Positions 39,982-48,063 of a DNA stretch of 64,000 bases are shown one piece after another; the stretch's first letter is position 1; the number at the start of each line of letters is the position of its first letter. The notes beneath the pieces are model-generated. The model was not told where the DNA came from. It saw only the letters and a program-made list of their open reading frames with translations, and searched no databases. The position numbers were made by a program, and so were the translations under genes. Source of the DNA: Aureliella sp. (GTDB lineage Bacteria > Planctomycetota > Planctomycetia > Pirellulales > Pirellulaceae); contig OY829846.1 of the NCBI GenBank assembly GCA_963691875.1, forward strand, positions 2,432,001 through 2,496,000. The letters run 5' to 3'.

Positions 39982-41355
39982 CTAGACGCCTTCGATCTCG
40001 TAGCCATCTCGATAAGGCCGCGCCAGCATTGCATTGGCTTGATCGTCGCCGATGATCTGCTCCTTCTGGTCATCCCACTTCAGCGGACGACCCAATCGAG
40101 CAGCAATACCGGCCAAATGACAAGTATTGAGCATCTTCATGTGCGAGTGCACATCGGAAATCGGCTCTTCTCGCGTCTTAACACAGTGGAAGAAGTTGGC
40201 CCAGTGAGCCTTTCTTTCGTTGTGCTCGAGTGGCAAGCCTTTGTAGACTTTCTGGATCGCATCTGCTGGCAGCGGATCATCCTTCAGAGCTTCTACGGGT
40301 GCACCGACGAGTTTGCCTCGGTTCACAAAGATTCGCCCCTTATCACCTTCGATCATACAGCCGTTGTCGGTGTCGTTGCGAATAATCATCTCCGTGCCGC
40401 CTGGAAACTGAGCGCTGAACAAGAATCTTGTCGCCGTGTTGTAACGATCTATTTGCTGAGCCACGCCGTCCTTGAAGTCAACGGGATGGTCTGCTGAGCC
40501 ACCGATGGAAATAGGACTTGCGGACTGACCATTCAAAGCCAAGGCCCAGGTGCAAATATCGACATGGTGCGCACCCCAGTCGGTGAGTTTGCCTCCGGAA
40601 TACTCATACCACCAACGGAATTCGTAATGGCAGTTGGTATTGCCCCGACCACGCTTACTCTTAGCAGGAGGAAGATGACGGTAGTCGCATGACGGTGCTG
40701 GGCCCAACCAACGATCCCAGTCCAATCCAGTCGGAACTTCCGCGACTGGAATCTCAGGGCTAGTCGGAGCTCCACCGATGGCGGCCGAGACTTTCTTGAT
40801 TCGTCCCAAGCGACCTTCGTTGACAAGTGCCATCGCTTTGGTGAACAGATTGAAGGTGCTTCGCTGCTGCGTACCGACTTGTACGATGCGCCCGGTTTCT
40901 TTTTGGACCTTGCGAATCAATTTGCCTTCGTCGATCGTTAGCGTCAGTGGCTTCTCGCAGTAGATATCTTTGCCAGCCAACATTGCTTCGACCACGGGCT
41001 TGGTGTGCCAGTGATCAGGCGTCGCAACGTGAATCACATCGATATCGTCTCGCTCGAGAACTTTTCGGTAGTCGGCATACACACTCGCCTTGCCCCCGCT
41101 TCGATTCTTGTTCATAGCTTCGCCACGACCAGCGTCCGCATCGGCAATGGCGACAATGTCGACCCAATCCTTGGCGGCATTCATGTTGCCGTTCGCCATT
41201 CCGCCGGCACCGATGACTCCAATGTTCAGTCGGTCATTCTTCGCGATTGGCTTCGCTGACGCGGTTTGGGAAGTGACGAAGTAGGGGATAGTGGCCACAG
41301 CAGAAGCAGCAGCTGATTTTTGCAGGAAGCTACGGCGGTTTTTGGTCGAAGCCAT
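39982..41355 (-). CDS. Gfo/Idh/MocA oxidoreductase with Tat signal
   Basis: NRRSFL, IGVIGAGGM, ATPDHWH, YCEKP, VGTQQRS, DWGAHHVD. Confidence 0.93.
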   Translation of the reverse strand: MASTKNRRSFLQKSAAASAVATIPYFVTSQTASAKPIAKNDRLNIGVIGAGGMANGNMNAAKDWVDIVAIADADAGRGEAMNKNRSGGKASVYADYRKVLERDDIDVIHVATPDHWHTKPVVEAMLAGKDIYCEKPLTLTIDEGKLIRKVQKETGRIVQVGTQQRSTFNLFTKAMALVNEGRLGRIKKVSAAIGGAPTSPEIPVAEVPTGLDWDRWLGPAPSCDYRHLPPAKSKRGRGNTNCHYEFRWWYEYSGGKLTDWGAHHVDICTWALALNGQSASPISIGGSADHPVDFKDGVAQQIDRYNTATRFLFSAQFPGGTEMIIRNDTDNGCMIEGDKGRIFVNRGKLVGAPVEALKDDPLPADAIQKVYKGLPLEHNERKAHWANFFHCVKTREEPISDVHSHMKMLNTCHLAGIAARLGRPLKWDDQKEQIIGDDQANAMLARPYRDGYEIEGV

Positions 41356-41429
41356 TCAGAGATATCCTTTGAATTTGGAGGTGGGATGCGGAAGCACTCC
41401 GCGTCCAGACAGTATAGCTACCCAATCCC

Positions 41430-41553
41430 GTCGTGGGATTCGCCAAAGTTCCTTCTCCTCCTGTAGCGGGATTCGCCGGAATTCCTTCTCCCTCTTGCTT
41501 CTTCACTCAACCGCCCTCCCGTCCCCCGATAGGACTTCTGGCGAAGTCCACTA
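41430..41553. repeat. Cluster of GTAG-type REP palindromes
   Basis: GTCGTGGGATTCGCCAAAGTTCC (41430), GTAGCGGGATTCGCCGGAATTCC (41463), inverted GGACTTCTGGCGAAGTCCACTA (41532). Confidence 0.7.
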
Positions 41554-41567
41554 AATTTCAACGCGCT

Positions 41568-42554
41568 CTAACGCCCCGCGAGAATCTTAGACGCCGCTTT
41601 TGCAGCTTCCGTACCAGCAAAATCTTCCGTGATCTGCTGCAACATCGCTAATGCTCTTTTCTGCGCTGATGGTGATCGGGAGCTCCCAACTTTGCGAGCC
41701 TGCTCCAGTTTCGTAACAGCGGCCAGTTCATTCTTGACCTCAGCTGTTCTCTGCAAACGCTTCACGTCCACAGAAACACTTGCCGGCAAATCGAATCCTT
41801 TGAAGCGAGTTTCAAGGGTGCTGAGCATTTGAAACGCTTCCCAAGATTCACCGGCCTTGTTGGCCTCCTCTGCCATTTGAAGCTGCGAGTCCATCTGCTG
41901 CTGGACATAATCTTTCAGCAGCCCAACGGCTTCTTTGACTTCAGGCTTGTTTGATCTCCCAAATCGCTTCAAACCCACGGACGCATCGGAGAAACTACCG
42001 AATTCAACATGCATCCAAGTGGCCTGTAACTCGGACGGCATCTTCTTCGGATCGACGTTCCATTTCGCGCCCGCAAGTGCTCGTTTCGCTGCCGAATCCA
42101 AGTCCGATGCATTGGCTCGTATGAATTCTCCATCTGAGGTCAGCACTCGAGCCTGCCAAATGTTCTTCAAGCTAATCTCGCCGACGTTTGACGCGACTTC
42201 AAAAGACCGATCAGCATCGACGATCACTGGCCAGGAGATCTGATGCTTTCGCAGATATTGAGCCACCTTGGTTGCTGACTGTCCAGAATTTACCCCGATA
42301 AATGCAAGGGGTTCCCCGCGATACTTTCCGGCGACCGCCAGAAGCTCAGGCCAACGACCTGCACAGCGTGGTCAGCTCTCTTCGAAGTAGTAGAAGACAG
42401 CCCCCTTCCCCTGAAGAGCGGCAGTCGAAATCGGAGATGCATTCAGCCATTGTGCTGGGTGCTGTGGTAGCGATATCGCTGGCTCCGAAGTGCTCTGCGC
42501 CAGCGTTGCTGTTGCGGTGCAAACTAGACTCAGCAAGAGAAAGATTGTTTTCAC
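41568..42554 (-). CDS. Secreted redoxin/thioredoxin-fold protein with in-frame TGA; probable selenoprotein (UxxC)
   Basis: ORFs 42372-42554 and 41568-42266 are in one frame, separated only by TGA at 42372-42374, giving YFEES-U-PRC; SECIS-like hairpin immediately downstream. Confidence 0.8.
42336..42371 (-). promoter_or_regulatory. Candidate bacterial SECIS hairpin
   Basis: After the TGA: CCA C GCT GTG CAGGTC GTT GGCCTG AGC TTC TGG; apical loop begins with GU, 17 nt after the UGA. Confidence 0.6.
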
Positions 42555-42581
42555 GGGAATCAGAGCCCTATGGTATCAGTT

Positions 42582-43526
42582 TCAAGAATTGCGATTCGCT
42601 TGATCCAAATAGCATAACTGATGATACAGCATTTCGATTTTTGCAGGTCGCAAATTCACCGCCAGGGCAGCTCGCAGCGGGTTGCCAAAGATCGACTCCA
42701 CTTCGATCGGACGCTTCGCCTTGTAGTCCAAGAACATACTGCTGTCGTAAGGCAACATCTTCGCCGTCGCTTCTAACATCTTCTCGACGTGAGAAGAATT
42801 GATCTCCGTTCCGCAAGCCTTCGCTGCATGGACCACATCCCACATCAAGTCTTCCGCCAGCTTGCGGGTGGCAGGATCTCGCATGATCTTATCCGTGCTC
42901 GCACCCAGCACCACACTCAGACCGTTGAAAGGAATATTCCAGACCAGCTTCTTCCAACGCACCAGAGCAAGATTCTCCGAAGGCGTCATGTCGATCTCGG
43001 CGTACCGAAAAACTTCGGTGAGTCGCTCCATACGAGGCGTCACCTTGCCCGCGAGGGATTCAGCGTATTCACCAAAGACGATCGCACCGTAGTCCAGATG
43101 ATGGATGTGCCCTGGCCCGACTTTGTTGCTACACAAAAAGCAACAGCCGCCGAGCACATTCTCCGCCCCCACCATTGCCGCAGAGTCGGCCTCGACGTGT
43201 AGACCATTCTGCAGCACCAGCACAACTCCCTCCGGCTTCAGGATCTGTGCGAGTGCAGTCTTCAAGGCGGAATTGGCGGTCGTCTTCCAAGCCACAATCG
43301 CGACGTCTACCTGTGGCATCGAGTGCACAGAATCGTGAGCTTGGACCGGAATCTTGAAATCCGCAATCGGCGACTCGATCTTCAGCCCAGCGGAGCGTAC
43401 CTGCTCATAATCGCTCCGAACAAGAAAATGGACGTCCTGCCCCACCCGAGCCAACAACGCACCGTAGAGCCCTCCGAGAGCTCCTGTGCCCAAAATGGCG
43501 AAACTCAGTTTCTGTGGTTTCGACAT
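42582..43526 (-). CDS. panE: 2-dehydropantoate 2-reductase (ketopantoate reductase family)
   Basis: ILGTGALGGLYG, LQNG, WKKLVWNIPFN, SSMFLD, EVESI. Confidence 0.9.
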   Translation of the reverse strand: MSKPQKLSFAILGTGALGGLYGALLARVGQDVHFLVRSDYEQVRSAGLKIESPIADFKIPVQAHDSVHSMPQVDVAIVAWKTTANSALKTALAQILKPEGVVLVLQNGLHVEADSAAMVGAENVLGGCCFLCSNKVGPGHIHHLDYGAIVFGEYAESLAGKVTPRMERLTEVFRYAEIDMTPSENLALVRWKKLVWNIPFNGLSVVLGASTDKIMRDPATRKLAEDLMWDVVHAAKACGTEINSSHVEKMLEATAKMLPYDSSMFLDYKAKRPIEVESIFGNPLRAALAVNLRPAKIEMLYHQLCYLDQANRNS

Positions 43527-43730
43527 GGCGAGGAACCTAAGGAGAGAATTGCTACTGGACAAATGACCAGGATTTTAGCGATTTTCATCAGTCTGAACGA
43601 ACCGAGAGAATGCGTCCTGAGTCCAACAAGACAGATTCTAGATTGCGACTCGAACTGCTTGTAGAGTGGGGAGTCATGGACCTTCGGGCCAACTCGATAT
43701 TTCAGCCGCATCGGCATTGGCCACACTTGT

Positions 43731-43800
43731 CGCGTATTTTTGCGTTGCGCATATTTTTTCGTTGCGCGTATTTTTTCGTTGCGCGTATTTTTTCGTTGCG
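43731..43800. repeat. Tandem repeat, 4 x 17 bp (CGCGTATTTTTTCGTTG)
   Basis: Units start at 43731, 43748, 43765 and 43782; the first two each carry one substitution. Confidence 0.95.
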
Positions 43801-43872
43801 AAAGGCTGTCCAAGAAACCCGCCAAGGACGCATTGCGGTAACTGGGGCAATCGTTTAGAGTTTTCATCCATC

Positions 43873-43947
43873 CGGGGTGTAGCGCAGCCTGGCTAGCGCA
43901 TCTGCTTTGGGAGCAGAGGGTCGTAGGTTCGAATCCTATCACCCCGA
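43873..43947 (+). tRNA. tRNA-Pro(TGG)
   Basis: CGGGGTG/CACCCCG acceptor stem, TCTGC-TTTGGGA-GCAGA anticodon arm, GGTTCGAATCC T-arm; CCA not encoded. Confidence 0.97.
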
Positions 43948-44135
43948 CTTTATCCTAAATACAGCTCGTCGCGATTGTTCGTGGCGAGCTGTTTTTCTCT
44001 GAAATGCAACGGTTTACGCTGTTTCCTTGACGGTCCCTGCCAGTTCAAACCGCCATCCAAATCGCGCAGACTTTGAGTCGCATCTTCCGTAAGGAATTGG
44101 TTTGAAACCATTTAGCGAGTTCAAATCCCGTCGCC
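43934..44135 (+). repeat. att-like module, copy 1 (tRNA 3' end, hairpin, conserved 30-mer)
   Basis: Shares TGGCGAGCTGTTTTTCTC, GTTCAAAC, TCTTCCGTAA and an identical 30-mer AACCATTTAGCGAGTTCAAATCCCGTCGCC with 52940-53128. Confidence 0.85.
43961..43996 (+). terminator. Intrinsic terminator after tRNA-Pro
   Basis: ACAGCTCGTCGCGA-TTGT-TCGTGGCGAGCTGT followed by TTTT. Confidence 0.8.
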
Positions 44136-44483
44136 CCATTCGAAAGACTCGTCGCGAAGGATCGGCGCTCCCGATCCAGCAAGGGGTTGGTACATGCCGT
44201 CGGGTTGCGCCGTCGTAACTACTGAGGTTGGATTTGCCTCCGCGCCGACGCCCAACGCTGAGGATAATGAAACCTCCAACAGCTAGCAGATTCAGAAGGT
44301 CGCAGTGGTCGTGATCACCTCAGACACTCTGACCTCGCGCGAGCGTCCCAGGTGGCTTAGGTATGTCGACAATCCCGCGCCGGCGAAAGGTGCGAATCTG
44401 CTTACGCCTCGCCAAGAGTGAACGAATTCAGGAATTTCTCGAAATCCCTGTCCAATTCTTGGTAGAAGACGCGGAATCTCACC

Positions 44484-45005
44484 ATGGAGACAAATGAAGA
44501 TCACGAACGATACACCCGGCTGCTCATTGAATATGAGCCGGAACTGCTCCGGTGCATTCTGGTCGCCGTACCGAATCGGTCGGATGCTCGCGACATTTTG
44601 CAGGAGTGCTCTGTGTCGCTTTGGCGAAAGTTCGGAAACTACGAGCCAGATCGCCCTTTTGTTCCGTGGGCTTTGGGCTTCGTCAGAATCGAGATTCGAC
44701 GCTTCTTAAGAAAGTCTGCAAATCGCAGGCAGTTGACCGAACGCGCGGCAGAATTGCTCTTGGAAGATCAGAAAGAGGCGATAGCTGCACTCGATCATCG
44801 GGAAACTCACTTGCAGAAGTGCCTTGAACTTCTTTCAGAACGACAGCAGGCACTGGTCAACGGATACTACCGAATGGATTACTCGGCAAGTGACTTGTCG
44901 CAGCGAACAGGACGAACTGTCGACGCGATCTACAAATCGCTGCAACGAATACGCCGTTCGCTCCATGATTGCATTGAAGCCAAAATGCGAGGTGCACAAG
45001 CATGA
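44484..45005 (+). CDS. ECF sigma-70 factor
   Basis: DARDILQE..LWRKF..F..WA; region 4 LSERQQALV..YY..TVDAIYKSLQRIR. Confidence 0.93.
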   Translation: METNEDHERYTRLLIEYEPELLRCILVAVPNRSDARDILQECSVSLWRKFGNYEPDRPFVPWALGFVRIEIRRFLRKSANRRQLTERAAELLLEDQKEAIAALDHRETHLQKCLELLSERQQALVNGYYRMDYSASDLSQRTGRTVDAIYKSLQRIRRSLHDCIEAKMRGAQA

Positions 45006-46417
45006 ATCGCGAGAATAGCGAATACTGGCAAGAGTTGATTCAACGGCATTTGGATGGAATCGCCAACGACAAAGAAGTCACAAGGTTGTCCGAAAAGCTG
45101 GAGTCTTGTTCGGAGACCCGGTCACTGTATTTGAAATTGCAGCAGATCCACGCGAGTCTCGTTAGCGGTGAATTCAATAAGTCATTGCCCCATGATTCAG
45201 AGGCTCGTGCACTCAAGTCGATCTCAGATCTCGAAAGATCCAGTCACATTCTGCGAAAGCGACGTTTCCTCTTTACACTTGGCTCAATTGCGGCGGCCGT
45301 GTTGGTGATATTCGGTAGCTGGCCGCTCTGGATTGGTCGGCCCGAAACGATTGTGGAAATCACATACATCCAGGGCGACATCCAGTGGACCGGTGATGGC
45401 GGAAACGTCATCGAAGAATTGGAGGAGGGGCAAGCGTTGACTGGCGGCACGATAGAGACGCGATCTATCAATTCAGCTGTCGAACTATGTTTTCGGGACG
45501 GAACGATCGTTTCGACATCAGGTGGTTCGGTGTTAACGATTGCCGATGATGGTCAAAAGAAACTTTACCTTCGCTCAGGAATTCTCTCGGCCGATGTAGA
45601 GGAACAGCCGGCGAAACGTCCCATGGTTGTCATCACACCGACGGCTCGTCTTGAAGTCCTGGGAACCCGGTTTGACGTGATGGCTAATCCTGAGCGATCG
45701 AAAGTCTCCGTCCGGTATGGCTTGGTTCGCGCGGTCCGTTCGTTCGATGGCGAGTCGATCGACGTTGCGGGGGGGCATTCAGCAGTCGCCTCTTCCGATG
45801 TGCAACATGAGTTTTTGTCGAGACGATCTGATCAGGCAGTCCATGCCTGGAAAGCAAATTTGGAGCAAGATCGAAAGCAGGGCGAGGGCGAATTTGTATC
45901 AGCCATGTTCGCATTGCGAATGGAGATTCGCGAGGCGCTAGGAGCCGGGATAGTGACTCGCGAACAGGTTCGAGAGGTTTACGGCGATCGGCTGGCGGAG
46001 GCAGCGAATACCGAGGGCGTGTTGAAGGCCCAACCAAAACAGATACTTCAAAGCAAGTTTGGCAATGTCATTCAAATAGCCACGCTGTACGTCAATCGGG
46101 ATAAACCGAATCCAGTTGTCTTAAACAAACAGAGCGTGTTGCGAGTCCAGGGGAAAGTGGCTGTAGCAACGGAAATTCACATTGGTTTTGGAGCCTTTGG
46201 AACGACCCGCGCTAGTGCAGGACGTTTTCTCACCTCGCGAAATGTAGCGGGGGAATTTGATGTGGAAATTCCTGTCGATCAGTTTCAACCGTTTCGTGGT
46301 CGTAGTGCAACAGATTCAGCCATTGGAATGGAGCTATTTGCCTGTTTTGGCTTGACCTCCGATGCGAATGCTGAGCTTGAGATTTCAGCTGTGGAATTAA
46401 AACCAGCTTCAAACTAG
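45002..46417 (+). CDS. FecR-like anti-sigma factor
   Basis: 4-bp overlap with the sigma gene; N-terminal helical domain, TM segment (SIAAAVLVIF), FecR motif TPTARLEVLGTRFDV. Confidence 0.88.
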   Translation: MNRENSEYWQELIQRHLDGIANDKEVTRLSEKLESCSETRSLYLKLQQIHASLVSGEFNKSLPHDSEARALKSISDLERSSHILRKRRFLFTLGSIAAAVLVIFGSWPLWIGRPETIVEITYIQGDIQWTGDGGNVIEELEEGQALTGGTIETRSINSAVELCFRDGTIVSTSGGSVLTIADDGQKKLYLRSGILSADVEEQPAKRPMVVITPTARLEVLGTRFDVMANPERSKVSVRYGLVRAVRSFDGESIDVAGGHSAVASSDVQHEFLSRRSDQAVHAWKANLEQDRKQGEGEFVSAMFALRMEIREALGAGIVTREQVREVYGDRLAEAANTEGVLKAQPKQILQSKFGNVIQIATLYVNRDKPNPVVLNKQSVLRVQGKVAVATEIHIGFGAFGTTRASAGRFLTSRNVAGEFDVEIPVDQFQPFRGRSATDSAIGMELFACFGLTSDANAELEISAVELKPASN

Positions 46418-46465
46418 ATCAAACCTGTACACATCAATATCTTTCAATTGGAGCACCTAAAACAG

Positions 46466-47761
46466 ATGATAATCAATCAGCAAACGCGATCGGTATTTTG
46501 GCTGTGTGTGGCACTATTCGTCGCTTGCGTTTACGCGAACATTTCGCTGAACCCGTCTTTTGCCCAAGAGATCAAATACGAAGATCGCATCGGCTCAAAC
46601 AGAGACTTCGACATGTGCGAGGACTTCCGTTTCAAGCGACTCACCAATCTGGTCAAAGACGGGAAAATATCCCAACAACAGGGCTACAACATCTGGAAAC
46701 GCACCCAATCAGACAAAGAGGTTGTTAAGAAGATCCTTGGCGACGCTGTTGCGGCCAATGAGTTGACGCAGGATCAAGCCGCCCGACTACTTCCCTTGAT
46801 CGACGCAGAAATGGTTTATTTCGACAGCAAACATGGACGCTTCGGTAAGCCGAAAGAACTTGACGAGGGACAGTTCGAAGCAGGCGAAGTCACCGCAATG
46901 AATCGTTCTGCAGTCTATAAGCGACTGGTCACTGCGAATGAACGCGGCGAGATGTACGACTATGATGTAGCGTCGATCATGAAGCAACTTTATGCTGGCT
47001 TCGACGATGGAAAAGCTTCTGCCCGAGAAGTCGCCGAATACCGAGGCGCCTTAAACCCGCGAATCGCTCAGAGCGGTTCCCAAGCTCGCGTTCTTCAAAA
47101 TGTCCAAAGCCAACGAGATCGCAGCAAGCAAAAAGGCTACGCGTCGACAAAAATCAAAATCACCGATCCGGCTGAATGGACCAAAGGTCTTGAAAAACCG
47201 ATCTACTCTGGCCCACAGCCAGGTGAAAAAGTTCCCTCGTTGATAGCGGTCAATATACGCGGGGAATTGGCTGGTCAGGAATTTGATCCTGTCGAATTGG
47301 CTGGTGACAAGCTCCATCTCATGTTCTTCGTCAGTAAGTCGCGCACTTTCGGCCGCTTCCTTGGACAGCTAAGGAATCAACTTCAGGCCATTGAAGAAAA
47401 CTCAAAACAGCCCTGGGCGATGTCAGTCATTGTCTGCACCGACGACGCCAATGAGGCTCAGAAAAGTTTCACGGTGCTTGACCAACGCTATCCCAAAAAC
47501 CTTGTTGTGGGTTTGTCCAAGGACGGCTCGGCTGGGCCTCCTGCCTTCGGCCTGGACAAGAATCTCACCGCGACGGTCATCGTTGCCAAGAATGGCACAG
47601 TCGCACACAACTTACCCTACGCGGGCAACGCGTTCTACACGCAACCCCACATTCTTGGTGCGATCGCCAGGGCGATGGAAGTCGATCACGAGACCCTTCG
47701 CAAGTACATCGCCGGTACGCCTGGCGATGAAGCAACTCAGGCTTATCGTCGAGGCAAGTAG
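46466..47761 (+). CDS. Secreted hypothetical protein with SHOCT-like motifs and a Cys-less thioredoxin-like C-terminal domain; appears 3'-truncated
   Basis: Signal peptide; LVKDGKISQQQG; YSGPQPGEKVP..GPPAFGL..TVIVAK; frame continues past the TAG with related motifs. Confidence 0.75.
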   Translation: MIINQQTRSVFWLCVALFVACVYANISLNPSFAQEIKYEDRIGSNRDFDMCEDFRFKRLTNLVKDGKISQQQGYNIWKRTQSDKEVVKKILGDAVAANELTQDQAARLLPLIDAEMVYFDSKHGRFGKPKELDEGQFEAGEVTAMNRSAVYKRLVTANERGEMYDYDVASIMKQLYAGFDDGKASAREVAEYRGALNPRIAQSGSQARVLQNVQSQRDRSKQKGYASTKIKITDPAEWTKGLEKPIYSGPQPGEKVPSLIAVNIRGELAGQEFDPVELAGDKLHLMFFVSKSRTFGRFLGQLRNQLQAIEENSKQPWAMSVIVCTDDANEAQKSFTVLDQRYPKNLVVGLSKDGSAGPPAFGLDKNLTATVIVAKNGTVAHNLPYAGNAFYTQPHILGAIARAMEVDHETLRKYIAGTPGDEATQAYRRGK

Positions 47762-48063
47762 GGAAGCAAAGAAAAATCAAAAGCGCCGCCAAACAGATGT
47801 TTTCGCAAGAAACTTACTCCATTAGCGCTTAGCGAAAAGATCACGCGAGCTGAAGAAGCAGAATTGTTTCAACTGTCAGGCGACGCAACAGCTCTATGTT
47901 CAAAGGTTGAATAACTCGTGAAAGCCAAGAAACTCACTCGTGAAGACGCGAAGGAACTGCTGAGAGATGACCAAGTGGATAGCGGAAATAGTCGAAGCGA
48001 ACGCGATCATTAATGACGGGAACCAACGCTCCTTCCGCTCAACTCAACGTGGACAACGACTGA

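Noticed and set aside
43731..43800. Possible CRISPR array
   Set aside because: Repeats are directly adjacent with no spacers, and there are no cas genes in the window
43505..43942. Minus-strand 145-aa ORF and overlapping short ORFs
   Set aside because: Antisense to tRNA-Pro and runs through the tandem repeat; spurious
44106..44140. Second tRNA gene (also at 53099-53131)
   Set aside because: Only a T-arm/acceptor-like 3' fragment; no D-arm or anticodon arm upstream
47759..47761. Pyrrolysine or other amber read-through
   Set aside because: A further in-frame TAA follows and the extension looks decayed; simple truncation is more parsimonious
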